Below, in pieces: positions 11,467-20,048 of a stretch of 64,000 bases of DNA (its first letter is position 1; each line of letters opens with the position of its first letter). The stretch is from Bacteroidaceae bacterium (GTDB taxonomy: Bacteria; Bacillota; Clostridia; Lachnospirales; Lachnospiraceae): NCBI GenBank assembly GCA_963589005.1, contig CAVAJR010000003.1:21379-85378 (forward strand), given 5' to 3'. The position numbers and the translations under genes were made by a program. The notes below the pieces were generated by a model. That model was given only the letters and a program-made list of their open reading frames with translations, was not told the DNA's origin and did no database searches.

Positions 11467-12319
11467 CATAAGACAGTCGTGGATCATATGCAGAGATAGT
11501 CTATATAGGACGGGATGTAACTGTAAATTATATGTAGCATTATTTCTGATGGCGGTTCTCTTCTATCAAATTATAGCACCGGTCAGAGAGTTTTCTGAGA
11601 CAGTAGGAATTAAGGTAAATGGTTGGCTGTATCCATTCCTTACAATGGATAAGTTTATCCAAGTAGTAATCATTGTGGCGCTTGCGTTTGTGTTAAGCGA
11701 CAATCCCTTTGATGACGGTGTAAATGAGTGGCTGATACTCAGAACGGGAAGAAAAAACTGGATCGTAGGGAAAATCGGTTATACTTTTATGGTTTCACTA
11801 TTGATGAGCATAATATGCTTCTTGATGAGCGCTTTGATGCTTATACCACAGTTGCAGTTTGAAAATAAGTGGGGCAAGGTTCTTGGAACGCTGGCGCAGA
11901 CGAATGCATCAGCCACAGCAGGGACATTACAACCAGATTATCAGCTGCAGGTTAGTTTAAATCCTATAGCTGCATGTTTGTATAGTATTTTAATGACATT
12001 TGCCGTGATGTTTCTGACAGGGATGCTTATATTGCTGTTTAATATGATATTTGATAAGGCAATTGGGCAGCTGATTGGCTTTGGAATAGCTTTTATGGCT
12101 ATGTTTGCTCCAAATTTTTCGAATTTATTTGCAGCTTATTATTTTTCGCCTGCCAGCTGGCTGGATATATCGTTTATTACAAATAGAGAATTAACAAAAT
12201 ATCCGTCAGCATCATATATTGCAATATTCTTGTCAGCAGCAATCGCTATTACAATAGTATGTTCTGTGCTGGTCGCAATAAACAGCAATAAGGTAATAAA
12301 AAAGAATCCGAGGGTATGA
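11459..12319 (+). CDS. ABC-2 type integral membrane permease (second subunit)
   Basis: 286 aa, multi-span and hydrophobic. It overlaps both neighbouring genes (ATGCATAG and ATGA junctions), which suggests translational coupling. Confidence 0.6.
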   Translation: MHSIRQSWIICRDSLYRTGCNCKLYVALFLMAVLFYQIIAPVREFSETVGIKVNGWLYPFLTMDKFIQVVIIVALAFVLSDNPFDDGVNEWLILRTGRKNWIVGKIGYTFMVSLLMSIICFLMSALMLIPQLQFENKWGKVLGTLAQTNASATAGTLQPDYQLQVSLNPIAACLYSILMTFAVMFLTGMLILLFNMIFDKAIGQLIGFGIAFMAMFAPNFSNLFAAYYFSPASWLDISFITNRELTKYPSASYIAIFLSAAIAITIVCSVLVAINSNKVIKKNPRV

Positions 12320-12954
12320 AAATGATTAACATAAATGAAGTATCTAAGAGCTTTAAGGGTCAGAAGGTGCTGGATAGTGTTACTCTGACTGTTCCCCGCG
12401 GGACGGTATGCGGGATAATTGGAAGAAACGGAAGCGGCAAGTCGGTGCTGTTTAAGTGTATCTGCGGTTTGTGCAAACCTGATGCGGGAACTATATATGT
12501 GAGAAATAAACAGATTGGCAAGGATACAGATGTAATTAAGAATGCTGGGGTGATCATTGAGACTCCTGGGTTTCTGCCAAATTTTAGCGGATATCGTAAC
12601 TTGAAGTTTCTGATGGATCTCGAACAGAAAAACACAAAAGAAATTGTAATAAAAGCGATTGAGAAGGTGGGTCTGGATCCTCACAGTAGGAAAAAGGTCG
12701 GCGGATACTCATTAGGTATGAAACAGAGATTGGCCATCGCACAGGCAGTTATGTCAGATCCTGAGATACTTATCCTGGATGAGCCGATGAATGGTCTGGA
12801 CAAAGAAGGACTTCAGGACATGCGAAAACTTTTCTTAGAACTAAAAGCTTCAGGTAAGACCATCCTGATATCCAGTCATAATCCTGATGATATAGCCATA
12901 TTATGTGATGACGTATATGAAATGGAAAATGGCAAAATCACCAAGGTAAGCTGA
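12316..12954 (+). CDS. ABC transporter ATP-binding protein (single NBD, 212 aa)
   Basis: Walker A GRNGSGKS, signature YSLGMKQR, Walker B ILILDEP, H-loop SSHN. Confidence 0.9.
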   Translation: MKMININEVSKSFKGQKVLDSVTLTVPRGTVCGIIGRNGSGKSVLFKCICGLCKPDAGTIYVRNKQIGKDTDVIKNAGVIIETPGFLPNFSGYRNLKFLMDLEQKNTKEIVIKAIEKVGLDPHSRKKVGGYSLGMKQRLAIAQAVMSDPEILILDEPMNGLDKEGLQDMRKLFLELKASGKTILISSHNPDDIAILCDDVYEMENGKITKVS

Positions 12955-13046
12955 TACGCATGAAAAGATAAATAAACTTTGATTATTCAAGGTGAAAGTT
13001 AACTTTTCGCTTTTGTCTGCAAAAAATACGATATCATAAAAAATGA

Positions 13047-13075
13047 TTGACAAGGTCGGCTAAATAGAGTAAACT
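13047..13075 (+). promoter_or_regulatory. sigma-A promoter of tRNA-Gly copy 1
   Basis: TTGACA (13047-13052), a 17-nt spacer, then TAAACT (13070-13075), about 25 nt before the tRNA. Confidence 0.55.
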
Positions 13076-13099
13076 ACTCGTGTTGTGCAGAGCACATCT

Positions 13100-13172
13100 G
13101 CGATAGTGGCGTAGTTGGTAACGCGCGACCTTGCCAAGGTCGAGACCGCGGGTTCGAGCCCCGTCTATCGCT
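13100..13172 (+). tRNA. tRNA-Gly (anticodon GCC), copy 1
   Basis: Acceptor GCGATAG/CTATCGC, anticodon arm CGACC-TTGCCAA-GGTCG, T-arm GCGGG-TTCGAGC-CCCGT. CCA is not encoded. Confidence 0.9.
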
Positions 13173-13179
13173 TCACGAG

Positions 13180-13208
13180 AGCTATCGTATATCTACGGTA
13201 GCTTTTTT
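13180..13208 (+). terminator. terminator after tRNA-Gly copy 1
   Basis: AGCTATCGTA (13180-13189) pairs with TACGGTAGCT (13194-13203), followed by TTTTTT. Confidence 0.75.
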
Positions 13209-13428
13209 GCATATAAAGAAAACAAATAATATGGCAATAGCATTTGTACAAAAGGGTCTGTAAGGCTCTTTTTCTTTTTTACAAAAGGGGTATAATATTA
13301 ACAAAACGGATATTTCAATATAGAGTATAACATTAACGCTCCGGGTGTGTTGGTCGTGTTATTGATGCATACTGCGGTCTTGCACGCAGCCCGCCGGGCG
13401 GTTAAATATTACAGACAGGAGGCATAAT

Positions 13429-14331
13429 ATGAGTTCAAAAGTATATTCAGAAATCAAGAGAATTCCGGATGGAATGGCAACCGGCAAATTGACAGAAGGA
13501 TGCCTCGTTTTAGAGGGCGGAGCCTTCAGAGGAGTATATTCTCAGGGTGTAACGGATCTGCTCATGCAGAAGGATATTAATCTTCAATGTGTTATAGGTG
13601 TTAGTGCAGGGGCGATGTCTGGTGCAGGATATGTGGCAGGACAGATCGGAAGGTCAGCCAGAATAACTATCGGACAAAGACATAATCCTGATTATGTAGG
13701 ACTTAAGGCCTCGTTAAAATCAAGAAGTCTTATAAGACTTGATTATCTATTGAAGGACTATAATAAAATAGAGCCTCTGCGTATGGACAGATTACAATCT
13801 GATGACAGAAGGTTTGTAGTTGTTGCTACCAATCTTAATACCGGAACAGCCGCTTATTTTGAAAAGGATAATTGCAGTGATATCATCACAGCTATAAAGG
13901 CCTCTGCTTCCATGCCTGTTATTTCTCCTATTGTACGCCTTGATGGTGAGCCATACTTAGATGGCGGATGCAGTGCCAAGATCCCATATCAGTGGGCGCT
14001 TCATGAGGGATACAAGAAGGTGGTGATCGTTCGAACAAGAGAACGGGGATATAGAAAGAAAGTTAAAAAGGACAGGCTTGCAGCAGGTATGTACAGCAAA
14101 TATCCTAATTTTGTAGAAGCTCTGGAAAAATGTGATGCTGCATACAACAAGCTGTGCGATGATATAGAAGAGCAGGAGAAGTTAGGACGAGTATTTACAA
14201 TATATCCGTCTGAACATGTTACAGTTAAGCGTGTTGAGCCGGATGTTGAGAAGCTGGGACATCTGTACTGGCTGGGATATTATGATATGCTTAATAAGTT
14301 AAAGGAATTAAAAGAGTATCTGGAAAAGTAA
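13429..14331 (+). CDS. patatin-like phospholipase family protein
   Basis: Oxyanion motif GGAFRG, nucleophile elbow GVSAG (GxSxG), catalytic Asp motif LDGG. AGGAGG RBS. 300 aa. Confidence 0.85.
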   Translation: MSSKVYSEIKRIPDGMATGKLTEGCLVLEGGAFRGVYSQGVTDLLMQKDINLQCVIGVSAGAMSGAGYVAGQIGRSARITIGQRHNPDYVGLKASLKSRSLIRLDYLLKDYNKIEPLRMDRLQSDDRRFVVVATNLNTGTAAYFEKDNCSDIITAIKASASMPVISPIVRLDGEPYLDGGCSAKIPYQWALHEGYKKVVIVRTRERGYRKKVKKDRLAAGMYSKYPNFVEALEKCDAAYNKLCDDIEEQEKLGRVFTIYPSEHVTVKRVEPDVEKLGHLYWLGYYDMLNKLKELKEYLEK

Positions 14332-14339
14332 AATTCTTG

Positions 14340-14368
14340 TTGACAATAACTTCAGGTTATAGTATAAA
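14340..14368 (+). promoter_or_regulatory. sigma-A promoter of tRNA-Gly copy 2
   Basis: TTGACA (14340-14345), a 17-nt spacer, then TATAAA (14363-14368). Confidence 0.6.
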
Positions 14369-14394
14369 TTTAACTGTGCTTAGATAAGTGCTCT

Positions 14395-14467
14395 GCGATA
14401 GTGGCGTAGTTGGTAACGCGCGACCTTGCCAAGGTCGAGACCGCGGGTTCGAGCCCCGTCTATCGCT
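14395..14467 (+). tRNA. tRNA-Gly (anticodon GCC), copy 2, identical to copy 1
   Basis: The same 73 nt as 13100-13172, with different flanking sequence. Confidence 0.9.
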
Positions 14468-14476
14468 TCAATGAAA

Positions 14477-14505
14477 CTGTTATGTGTATGCATAGCAGCT
14501 TTTTT
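14477..14505 (+). terminator. terminator after tRNA-Gly copy 2
   Basis: CTGTTATG (14477-14484) pairs with CATAGCAG (14491-14498), followed by CTTTTTT. Confidence 0.6.
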
Positions 14506-14510
14506 GGTGC

Positions 14511-14667
14511 AATTATTCAGAGCCACGCCGCATTCGCAAAATCGCTGCTGCGCAGCTTTACTTTTGCTCATGTGGCGTTCTCGCCACATGAATTTATAAA
14601 AAAATTGACTTACCCGTGCAAGCACGATAAGTCGATTTTTTATAAATTCGCGTGGCTCTGAATAATT
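14511..14667. repeat. 157-bp non-coding element with perfect 18-bp terminal inverted repeats (MITE-like)
   Basis: AATTATTCAGAGCCACGC (14511-14528) versus GCGTGGCTCTGAATAATT (14650-14667). Nested palindromes: 14569-14590 (CATGTGGCG/CGCCACATG) and 14591-14603 versus 14636-14648 (AATTTATAAAAAA/TTTTTTATAAATT). Confidence 0.7.
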
Positions 14668-14670
14668 GCA

Positions 14671-14697
14671 TAAAAAAGGAACCCTTTCGGATTCCTT
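14671..14697 (-). terminator. terminator of rpmB
   Basis: On the minus strand AAGGAATCC/GGGTTCCTT forms a hairpin (one mismatch) followed by TTTTTTA. It lies 13 nt after the rpmB stop. Confidence 0.65.
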
Positions 14698-14709
14698 TAA
14701 TACTGCTCA

Positions 14710-14895
14710 TTAAGCTCTTTCGACTTTACCACTTCTTAAGCAGGAAGTACAAACATGTAATGTTCTTGCTCCGCCAGAAGTTTTAACTCTAACTGACTTG
14801 ATGTTAGACTTCCAAATCTTGTTTGATCTTCTGTGTGAATGGCTGACAGCATTACCGAAATGCACGCCTTTACCACAAATATCACATTTTGCCAT
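14710..14895 (-). CDS. rpmB: 50S ribosomal protein L28
   Basis: MAKCDICGKGVHFGNAVSHSHRRSNKIWKSNI..., 61 aa. GGAGGTG RBS. Divergent from yloV-recG, as is usual in Firmicutes. Confidence 0.95.
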   Translation of the reverse strand: MAKCDICGKGVHFGNAVSHSHRRSNKIWKSNIKSVRVKTSGGARTLHVCTSCLRSGKVERA

Positions 14896-15080
14896 TTCAT
14901 TGCACCTCCTTCGAGAGTTACTTTCGCTTTACGCACAAGCCACATTCTAACAGATAACTTTTTTAATTGCAAGATGTTTTTGAATGTAAGCCGTCGGAAA
15001 TTTTAAAAACAAATTCCGTTGATGAATTTTAATCTGCAGTCTCGGCAAGTCCGGACGATTCTCAAACAATTTATAGCATG

Positions 15081-15109
15081 TTGAACTTTCATTGCATTTG
15101 GGATAATAT
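15081..15109 (+). promoter_or_regulatory. possible sigma-A promoter for yloV-recG
   Basis: TTGAAC (15081-15086), a 17-nt spacer, then TAATAT (15104-15109). Confidence 0.4.
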
Positions 15110-15219
15110 GTGTTTTGGTGGATTTGCTGGTTTTAATAATGCGTTATGATAATGCGCAATCATTTAAGCTAAGTAAATCGTAATAAATCAATGACCTACG
15201 TACAGAAGGAGAATTACTC

Positions 15220-16914
15220 TTGAATAATATAATTGATGCAAATACGCTGGAGAGGATGTTTCTTGCAGGAACGAAATATCTGGAGAATAAGAAGGAATGG
15301 ATCAATGAACTGAACGTTTTCCCGGTTCCTGACGGAGATACCGGCACTAATATGATGATGACGCTTATGTCAGCGGTAAATGAACTGCAGCAGCTGAAAA
15401 AGGATGTGAAGCTGAGTGATATCGGAAGTAAGATATCATCAGGCACGTTAAGAGGAGCAAGGGGCAATTCAGGCGTTATTATGTCACAGCTGTGCAGAGG
15501 ATTTGCCAATGGCATCGAAAATCTTGAAACTATAGATAAGAATGCATTGGTAATTGCTATGGAGAAGGCTGTAGCTGCAGCTTATAAGGCAGTAATGAAT
15601 CCTAAGGAAGGTACGATCCTTACAGTTGCATCTGCTGCTGCAGATAAGGCCAGATCTCTGGTCACTGAGGATTTAAGTATGCAGGCCTATCTTGCTGAGA
15701 TCAGAAGATATGCAGAATATATTCTTACCCAGACTCCGGATATGCTGCCTGTATTAAAAGAGGCCGGTGTAGTTGACTCTGGCGGACAGGGTCTGGTTGA
15801 ATTCTTCAGAGGAGCATATGATGCATTCTGCGGTAAGGAAATCAATCTTACATTTGGTCAGGCAGGCAGTTCAAAGTCAATGTCAGTAATTGACACTTCC
15901 AACATTTCAACAGCAGATATAAAGTTTGGATATTGCACGGAATTTATAATAGAATTATCCGGAGAATACACTTTGTCAGATGATGAGGCATTTAAACATT
16001 ATCTTGCATCGATTGGCGATTCCATCGTATGTGTTGGCATGGATGATATTGTAAAGGTTCATGTTCATACTGACCATCCGGGAGAGGTTATAGAGAAGGC
16101 ACTTACATACGGCGAGCTTACCAGCCTTAAGATTGACAATATGCGTATAGAGCATCACGAGAAGGTCATTATGGAGGCTGACAAGGCTCTGGCATTGGAG
16201 ACTGAGAAGAAAATGTCAGAAGCTGCGGACAGCAAAAAGGTTAAGAAACAGTTAAAACCGTTGGGATTCGTAGCTGTAAGCAGCGGCGATGGATTAGCTG
16301 AGATATTTAAGAGTCTTAAGGTTGACTATATCATTGAGGGCGGTCAGACGATGAATCCCAGCACTAATGATATAATTAACGCGGTTAATGCTGTTGATGC
16401 CGAAAGCGTGATAATCCTTCCTAACAATGGCAATATCATTATGGCTGCTAATCAGGCAAGGCTGATGTGCGAGGACAAATATGTATATGTGGTACCTACA
16501 AATACTATCTGCCAGGGAATAAATGCCATGATCAATCTCGTGCCGTCGCTTGATGCAGAGGGTAATGTCCAGATCATGACTGAGGCTGCGGAGGAGATCA
16601 AAAGCGGAGAAGTAACATATGCGATCCGTACAACAGATGTTAACGGAATGCATATCGAAAAGGGCGATTACATGGGCATAGGAGATGGCAGTGTGCTGGC
16701 AGTATCTGAGAACAAGATCAAGGCAGCAGCTAACATGATAAATGCCATGTCTGACGAAGAAACAGAGATTGTCACTATCTATTATGGTGAGAGTTCAAAT
16801 GAAGAGGAAGCCCGCGAACTGGCAGATATAGTTGAAGAAACACTTCCTGATGCAGATATAGAGATCGTATATGGCGGGCAGAATGTATATGATTTCTTTG
16901 TATCAGTAGAGTAA
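15220..16914 (+). CDS. yloV: DAK2-domain fusion protein (YloV family)
   Basis: DAK2 motif PVPDGDTGTNM plus a C-terminal DegV-like half. TTG start behind GAAGGAGA. Conserved position upstream of recG. Confidence 0.85.
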   Translation: MNNIIDANTLERMFLAGTKYLENKKEWINELNVFPVPDGDTGTNMMMTLMSAVNELQQLKKDVKLSDIGSKISSGTLRGARGNSGVIMSQLCRGFANGIENLETIDKNALVIAMEKAVAAAYKAVMNPKEGTILTVASAAADKARSLVTEDLSMQAYLAEIRRYAEYILTQTPDMLPVLKEAGVVDSGGQGLVEFFRGAYDAFCGKEINLTFGQAGSSKSMSVIDTSNISTADIKFGYCTEFIIELSGEYTLSDDEAFKHYLASIGDSIVCVGMDDIVKVHVHTDHPGEVIEKALTYGELTSLKIDNMRIEHHEKVIMEADKALALETEKKMSEAADSKKVKKQLKPLGFVAVSSGDGLAEIFKSLKVDYIIEGGQTMNPSTNDIINAVNAVDAESVIILPNNGNIIMAANQARLMCEDKYVYVVPTNTICQGINAMINLVPSLDAEGNVQIMTEAAEEIKSGEVTYAIRTTDVNGMHIEKGDYMGIGDGSVLAVSENKIKAAANMINAMSDEETEIVTIYYGESSNEEEARELADIVEETLPDADIEIVYGGQNVYDFFVSVE

Positions 16915-16919
16915 ATGAT

Positions 16920-18971
16920 ATGAGATTAACGCAGCTGAAAGGAATAGGAGAGAAGACGGAAGCGGCATTTGTTAATGCAGGTATTCTGAATGTAACGGAT
17001 CTGCTGTTTTTCTTCCCGAGAGATTATGAGCTGTTCTGTCCTCCGGAGACGATCTGCGAGATAGGAATGAAGAGCTTCGTTACGCTGCGGGGAACATTTG
17101 CACAGGGAGTTTTTGAGAGAAAAACACCTAAGATTAGCATACTGCAGGCGACTTTTAAGGACGAAGTAGGCGATTCCATAAGGACTGCGTGGTTTAATGC
17201 ACCATTCATAAAGAAAAAAATTGTTCCCGGAGTGCCATATATCATAAGAGGTCGAGTAAGCCGCAAATATGGCACCAACCAGATCGATCAGCCCAAGGTA
17301 TATACACTTGCAGAATATGATCAGATCCAGGGAAGTCTGCAGCCTGTATATTCGATACCCAAGGGCTTATCCAATAATATTATCTCAAAAGCAGTAAGTC
17401 AGGCACTGGAAACACAGGATTTTCTGCTGACAGATGTCGAGGATTTTATACCAAAATCAGTAAGAAAAAAATACAATCTGTCAAGGCGCAGCAGTGCCGT
17501 TAAAAATATGCATTTTCCGGCTGATCAGCAGACTTTCGCTGATGCAATATCAAGAATGTCCTTCGAGGAGATTTTTCTTTTTATCTATCTGATGAAAATG
17601 TCCGGCGGCAGGGAAACTGAAAAAAGCAAAATAGTAATAAATGCCTCAGATATGACTAAGGCATTTATTGACAGGCTGCCTTTTAAACTCACGGATGCGC
17701 AAAACAAAGTTATCGACGAAATCGGGCATGATATGTCCTGCGGAATGGTAATGAATCGTCTGATACAAGGAGATGTGGGCTCGGGTAAGACCATAGTTGC
17801 ATTGATTGCACTCATGAATGCAGCATTTGCCGGATATCAGGGAGCAATGATGGCGCCTACAGAAGTGTTGGCGGCGCAGCATTACGAGACAATAACAACG
17901 CTGTTTAAACAAAATGACATAAATCTGAATGCAGCTCTGCTGACAGGTTCAATGACAGCTCTTGAGAAGAGAGTGGTCTATGATGCACTCAAAAATGGCA
18001 AAATTGATATATTGATAGGCACCCATGCGCTTATTCAGGAGAAGGTCAGATTCAATAATCTTGGACTGATAATTACGGATGAGCAGCATAGATTCGGGCT
18101 GAGACAGAGACAGGCATTTGCTGATAAAGGCAATGGCAACATACCTCATATGCTTGTTATGAGTGCTACACCGATTCCGCGAACACTGGCTCTTATTATT
18201 TACGGAAATATGAATGTCAGCGTTATCGACCAGGTGCCGGCCAGCAGAAAGCCCATCAAGAATGCAGTTGTGGATGATTCATTCCATGCCAATGCATATA
18301 AGTTCATAACTAATCAGGTAAAGGCGGGACATCAGGCATATATAATCTGTCCTTTGGTGGAATATTCTGAGGGTCTTGATGCTGCAAATGTTGAGGATTA
18401 CACTCAGCTGCTGCGCGAGGTACTGGATCCGTCTATACGGATAGGCAAGCTTACAGGTCCTATGCCTACCGGCAGGAAAAACGAAATAATGAGCAAGTTT
18501 GCAGCAGGGGAAATAGATGTGCTTGTATCCACGACAGTTATAGAGGTGGGTGTGGATGTTCCAAATGCAACGGTAATGATGATTGAAGATGCCAACAGGT
18601 TCGGACTGGCAACGCTGCACCAGTTAAGAGGACGTGTAGGCAGAGGCAAGGATCAGAGCTATTGCATATTTGTATCTAATAATAAGTCAGAGGAAGCTAT
18701 GGAAAGGCTGAGAATCCTTAATGACTCTAATAACGGATTCGAGATTGCAGCTAAGGATCTGGAAATGAGAGGCCCCGGGGAATTCCTGGGGATCAGGCAA
18801 AGCGGAGCATTGTCGTTTAAGTACTTTGACGTATTCAGGGATGCACAGCTGGCGGCAAAAGCATCAGAGGCTGCAGATGACATAATAAGCGGGCGCATAG
18901 CAATAACTGATGAGGAGCGGGCATTATTAGACGAGAAAAGACAGGCGCTTCAGGGTAGCATATTGTTGTAA
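16920..18971 (+). CDS. recG: ATP-dependent DNA helicase RecG
   Basis: Walker A GDVGSGKT, DEQH box (ITDEQHRFG), QLRGRVGRG. 683 aa. Confidence 0.95.
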   Translation: MRLTQLKGIGEKTEAAFVNAGILNVTDLLFFFPRDYELFCPPETICEIGMKSFVTLRGTFAQGVFERKTPKISILQATFKDEVGDSIRTAWFNAPFIKKKIVPGVPYIIRGRVSRKYGTNQIDQPKVYTLAEYDQIQGSLQPVYSIPKGLSNNIISKAVSQALETQDFLLTDVEDFIPKSVRKKYNLSRRSSAVKNMHFPADQQTFADAISRMSFEEIFLFIYLMKMSGGRETEKSKIVINASDMTKAFIDRLPFKLTDAQNKVIDEIGHDMSCGMVMNRLIQGDVGSGKTIVALIALMNAAFAGYQGAMMAPTEVLAAQHYETITTLFKQNDINLNAALLTGSMTALEKRVVYDALKNGKIDILIGTHALIQEKVRFNNLGLIITDEQHRFGLRQRQAFADKGNGNIPHMLVMSATPIPRTLALIIYGNMNVSVIDQVPASRKPIKNAVVDDSFHANAYKFITNQVKAGHQAYIICPLVEYSEGLDAANVEDYTQLLREVLDPSIRIGKLTGPMPTGRKNEIMSKFAAGEIDVLVSTTVIEVGVDVPNATVMMIEDANRFGLATLHQLRGRVGRGKDQSYCIFVSNNKSEEAMERLRILNDSNNGFEIAAKDLEMRGPGEFLGIRQSGALSFKYFDVFRDAQLAAKASEAADDIISGRIAITDEERALLDEKRQALQGSILL

Positions 18972-19022
18972 ACTGTGCTAACATAAAAAATCAGATATTG
19001 AAAAAGAAAGCGAGTTTTATAT

Positions 19023-20027
19023 ATGAATATAGTAGTATTGTGCGGCGGCGTCAGTTCTGAAAGAGAGATTTCTCTTCGCACATCAACTAAGGTATCGGGC
19101 GCACTCAGAGAATGCGGACATAATGTTATAATGATGGATGTGTTCTTCGGAGCTGAAGAAGAACCGGAATTTGACAATAAACAAAATTATGCAGAAACTG
19201 CAGATACATTAAGATCAAAGAATTCATTGATCACACCGGAACTTATAAGAAAAACCGGTTTATTCGGACAAAATGTTATTGAAACCTGCAAAAAGGCTGA
19301 CATAGTATTTATCGGACTTCACGGAGAAAATGGTGAGGATGGAAGAGTTCAGGCGGTATTTGAAAAGGAAGGCATAAAATACACAGGTTCAGATCCTGCC
19401 AGCTCAGCAATTGCCATGAGCAAGGAAGAGACGAAGAAGTTGGTATCTCCCTACATTCGTATGCCTAAGGGCATTGTGGCACATAGGGGAGCACAAAACA
19501 GCAGAGAGATTCCTGCTCCGTGCGTAATAAAACCAAGCAACGGCGGCTCTTCTGTGGGTGTTATGATAGTTAAGGACGATGCAGAATATGACAAGGCGTT
19601 GGAGGAATGCTTCAAATATGACGATACCGTTCTGATTGAGGAATATATTGAAGGACGAGAGCTGACCCAGGGAGTATTAGACGGCAAGGCTCTTCCACCG
19701 GTTGAGATATGTCCTGACAAGGATACCTGGTATGATTATAGCAATAAATACAACGGAAAGACTAAAGAAGTATGCCCGGCACAGATACCACAGGAGGTTC
19801 TGGCTGAAATGTCAGAAAAGTCTGTAAGATTCGGCCAGATAGTAGGTCTTTCGGTATATTACAGAATAGATTATCTGCTGGATGCAGAGGGGAAATTATA
19901 TGCACTTGAAGCTAATTCCCTTCCGGGAATGACGGATACATCCCTTGTGCCGCAGGAGGCAGCAGCTATAGGAATGAGTTATCCGGAACTGTGCAATAAA
20001 ATCATAGAAATATCATTAAACAAATAA
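19023..20027 (+). CDS. ddl: D-alanine--D-alanine ligase
   Basis: ATP-grasp protein with FIGLHGENGEDGRVQ and EANSLPGMT. Directly upstream of murF. Confidence 0.9.
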   Translation: MNIVVLCGGVSSEREISLRTSTKVSGALRECGHNVIMMDVFFGAEEEPEFDNKQNYAETADTLRSKNSLITPELIRKTGLFGQNVIETCKKADIVFIGLHGENGEDGRVQAVFEKEGIKYTGSDPASSAIAMSKEETKKLVSPYIRMPKGIVAHRGAQNSREIPAPCVIKPSNGGSSVGVMIVKDDAEYDKALEECFKYDDTVLIEEYIEGRELTQGVLDGKALPPVEICPDKDTWYDYSNKYNGKTKEVCPAQIPQEVLAEMSEKSVRFGQIVGLSVYYRIDYLLDAEGKLYALEANSLPGMTDTSLVPQEAAAIGMSYPELCNKIIEISLNK

Positions 20028-20048
20028 TTGGAAAAGTCGAGGTGTATA

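Noticed and set aside
12139-12684. 181-aa minus-strand ORF. Similar antisense ORFs occur at 35684..36181, 47056..47541, 2328..2747 and 10818..11249.
   Set aside because: All are antisense to well-supported genes, and none has a start context or a recognisable motif.
13429-14331. Patatin-like phospholipase as a CBASS (CapV-type) defence effector
   Set aside because: No cyclic-oligonucleotide synthase, no other CBASS component and no other defence gene is adjacent. The gene is flanked only by tRNA genes, so it is more likely a stand-alone lipase.
14410-14661. 83-aa plus-strand ORF, and the 81-aa minus-strand ORF 14380..14625
   Set aside because: Both run through the tRNA-Gly gene, its terminator and the TIR element, so they are not coding.
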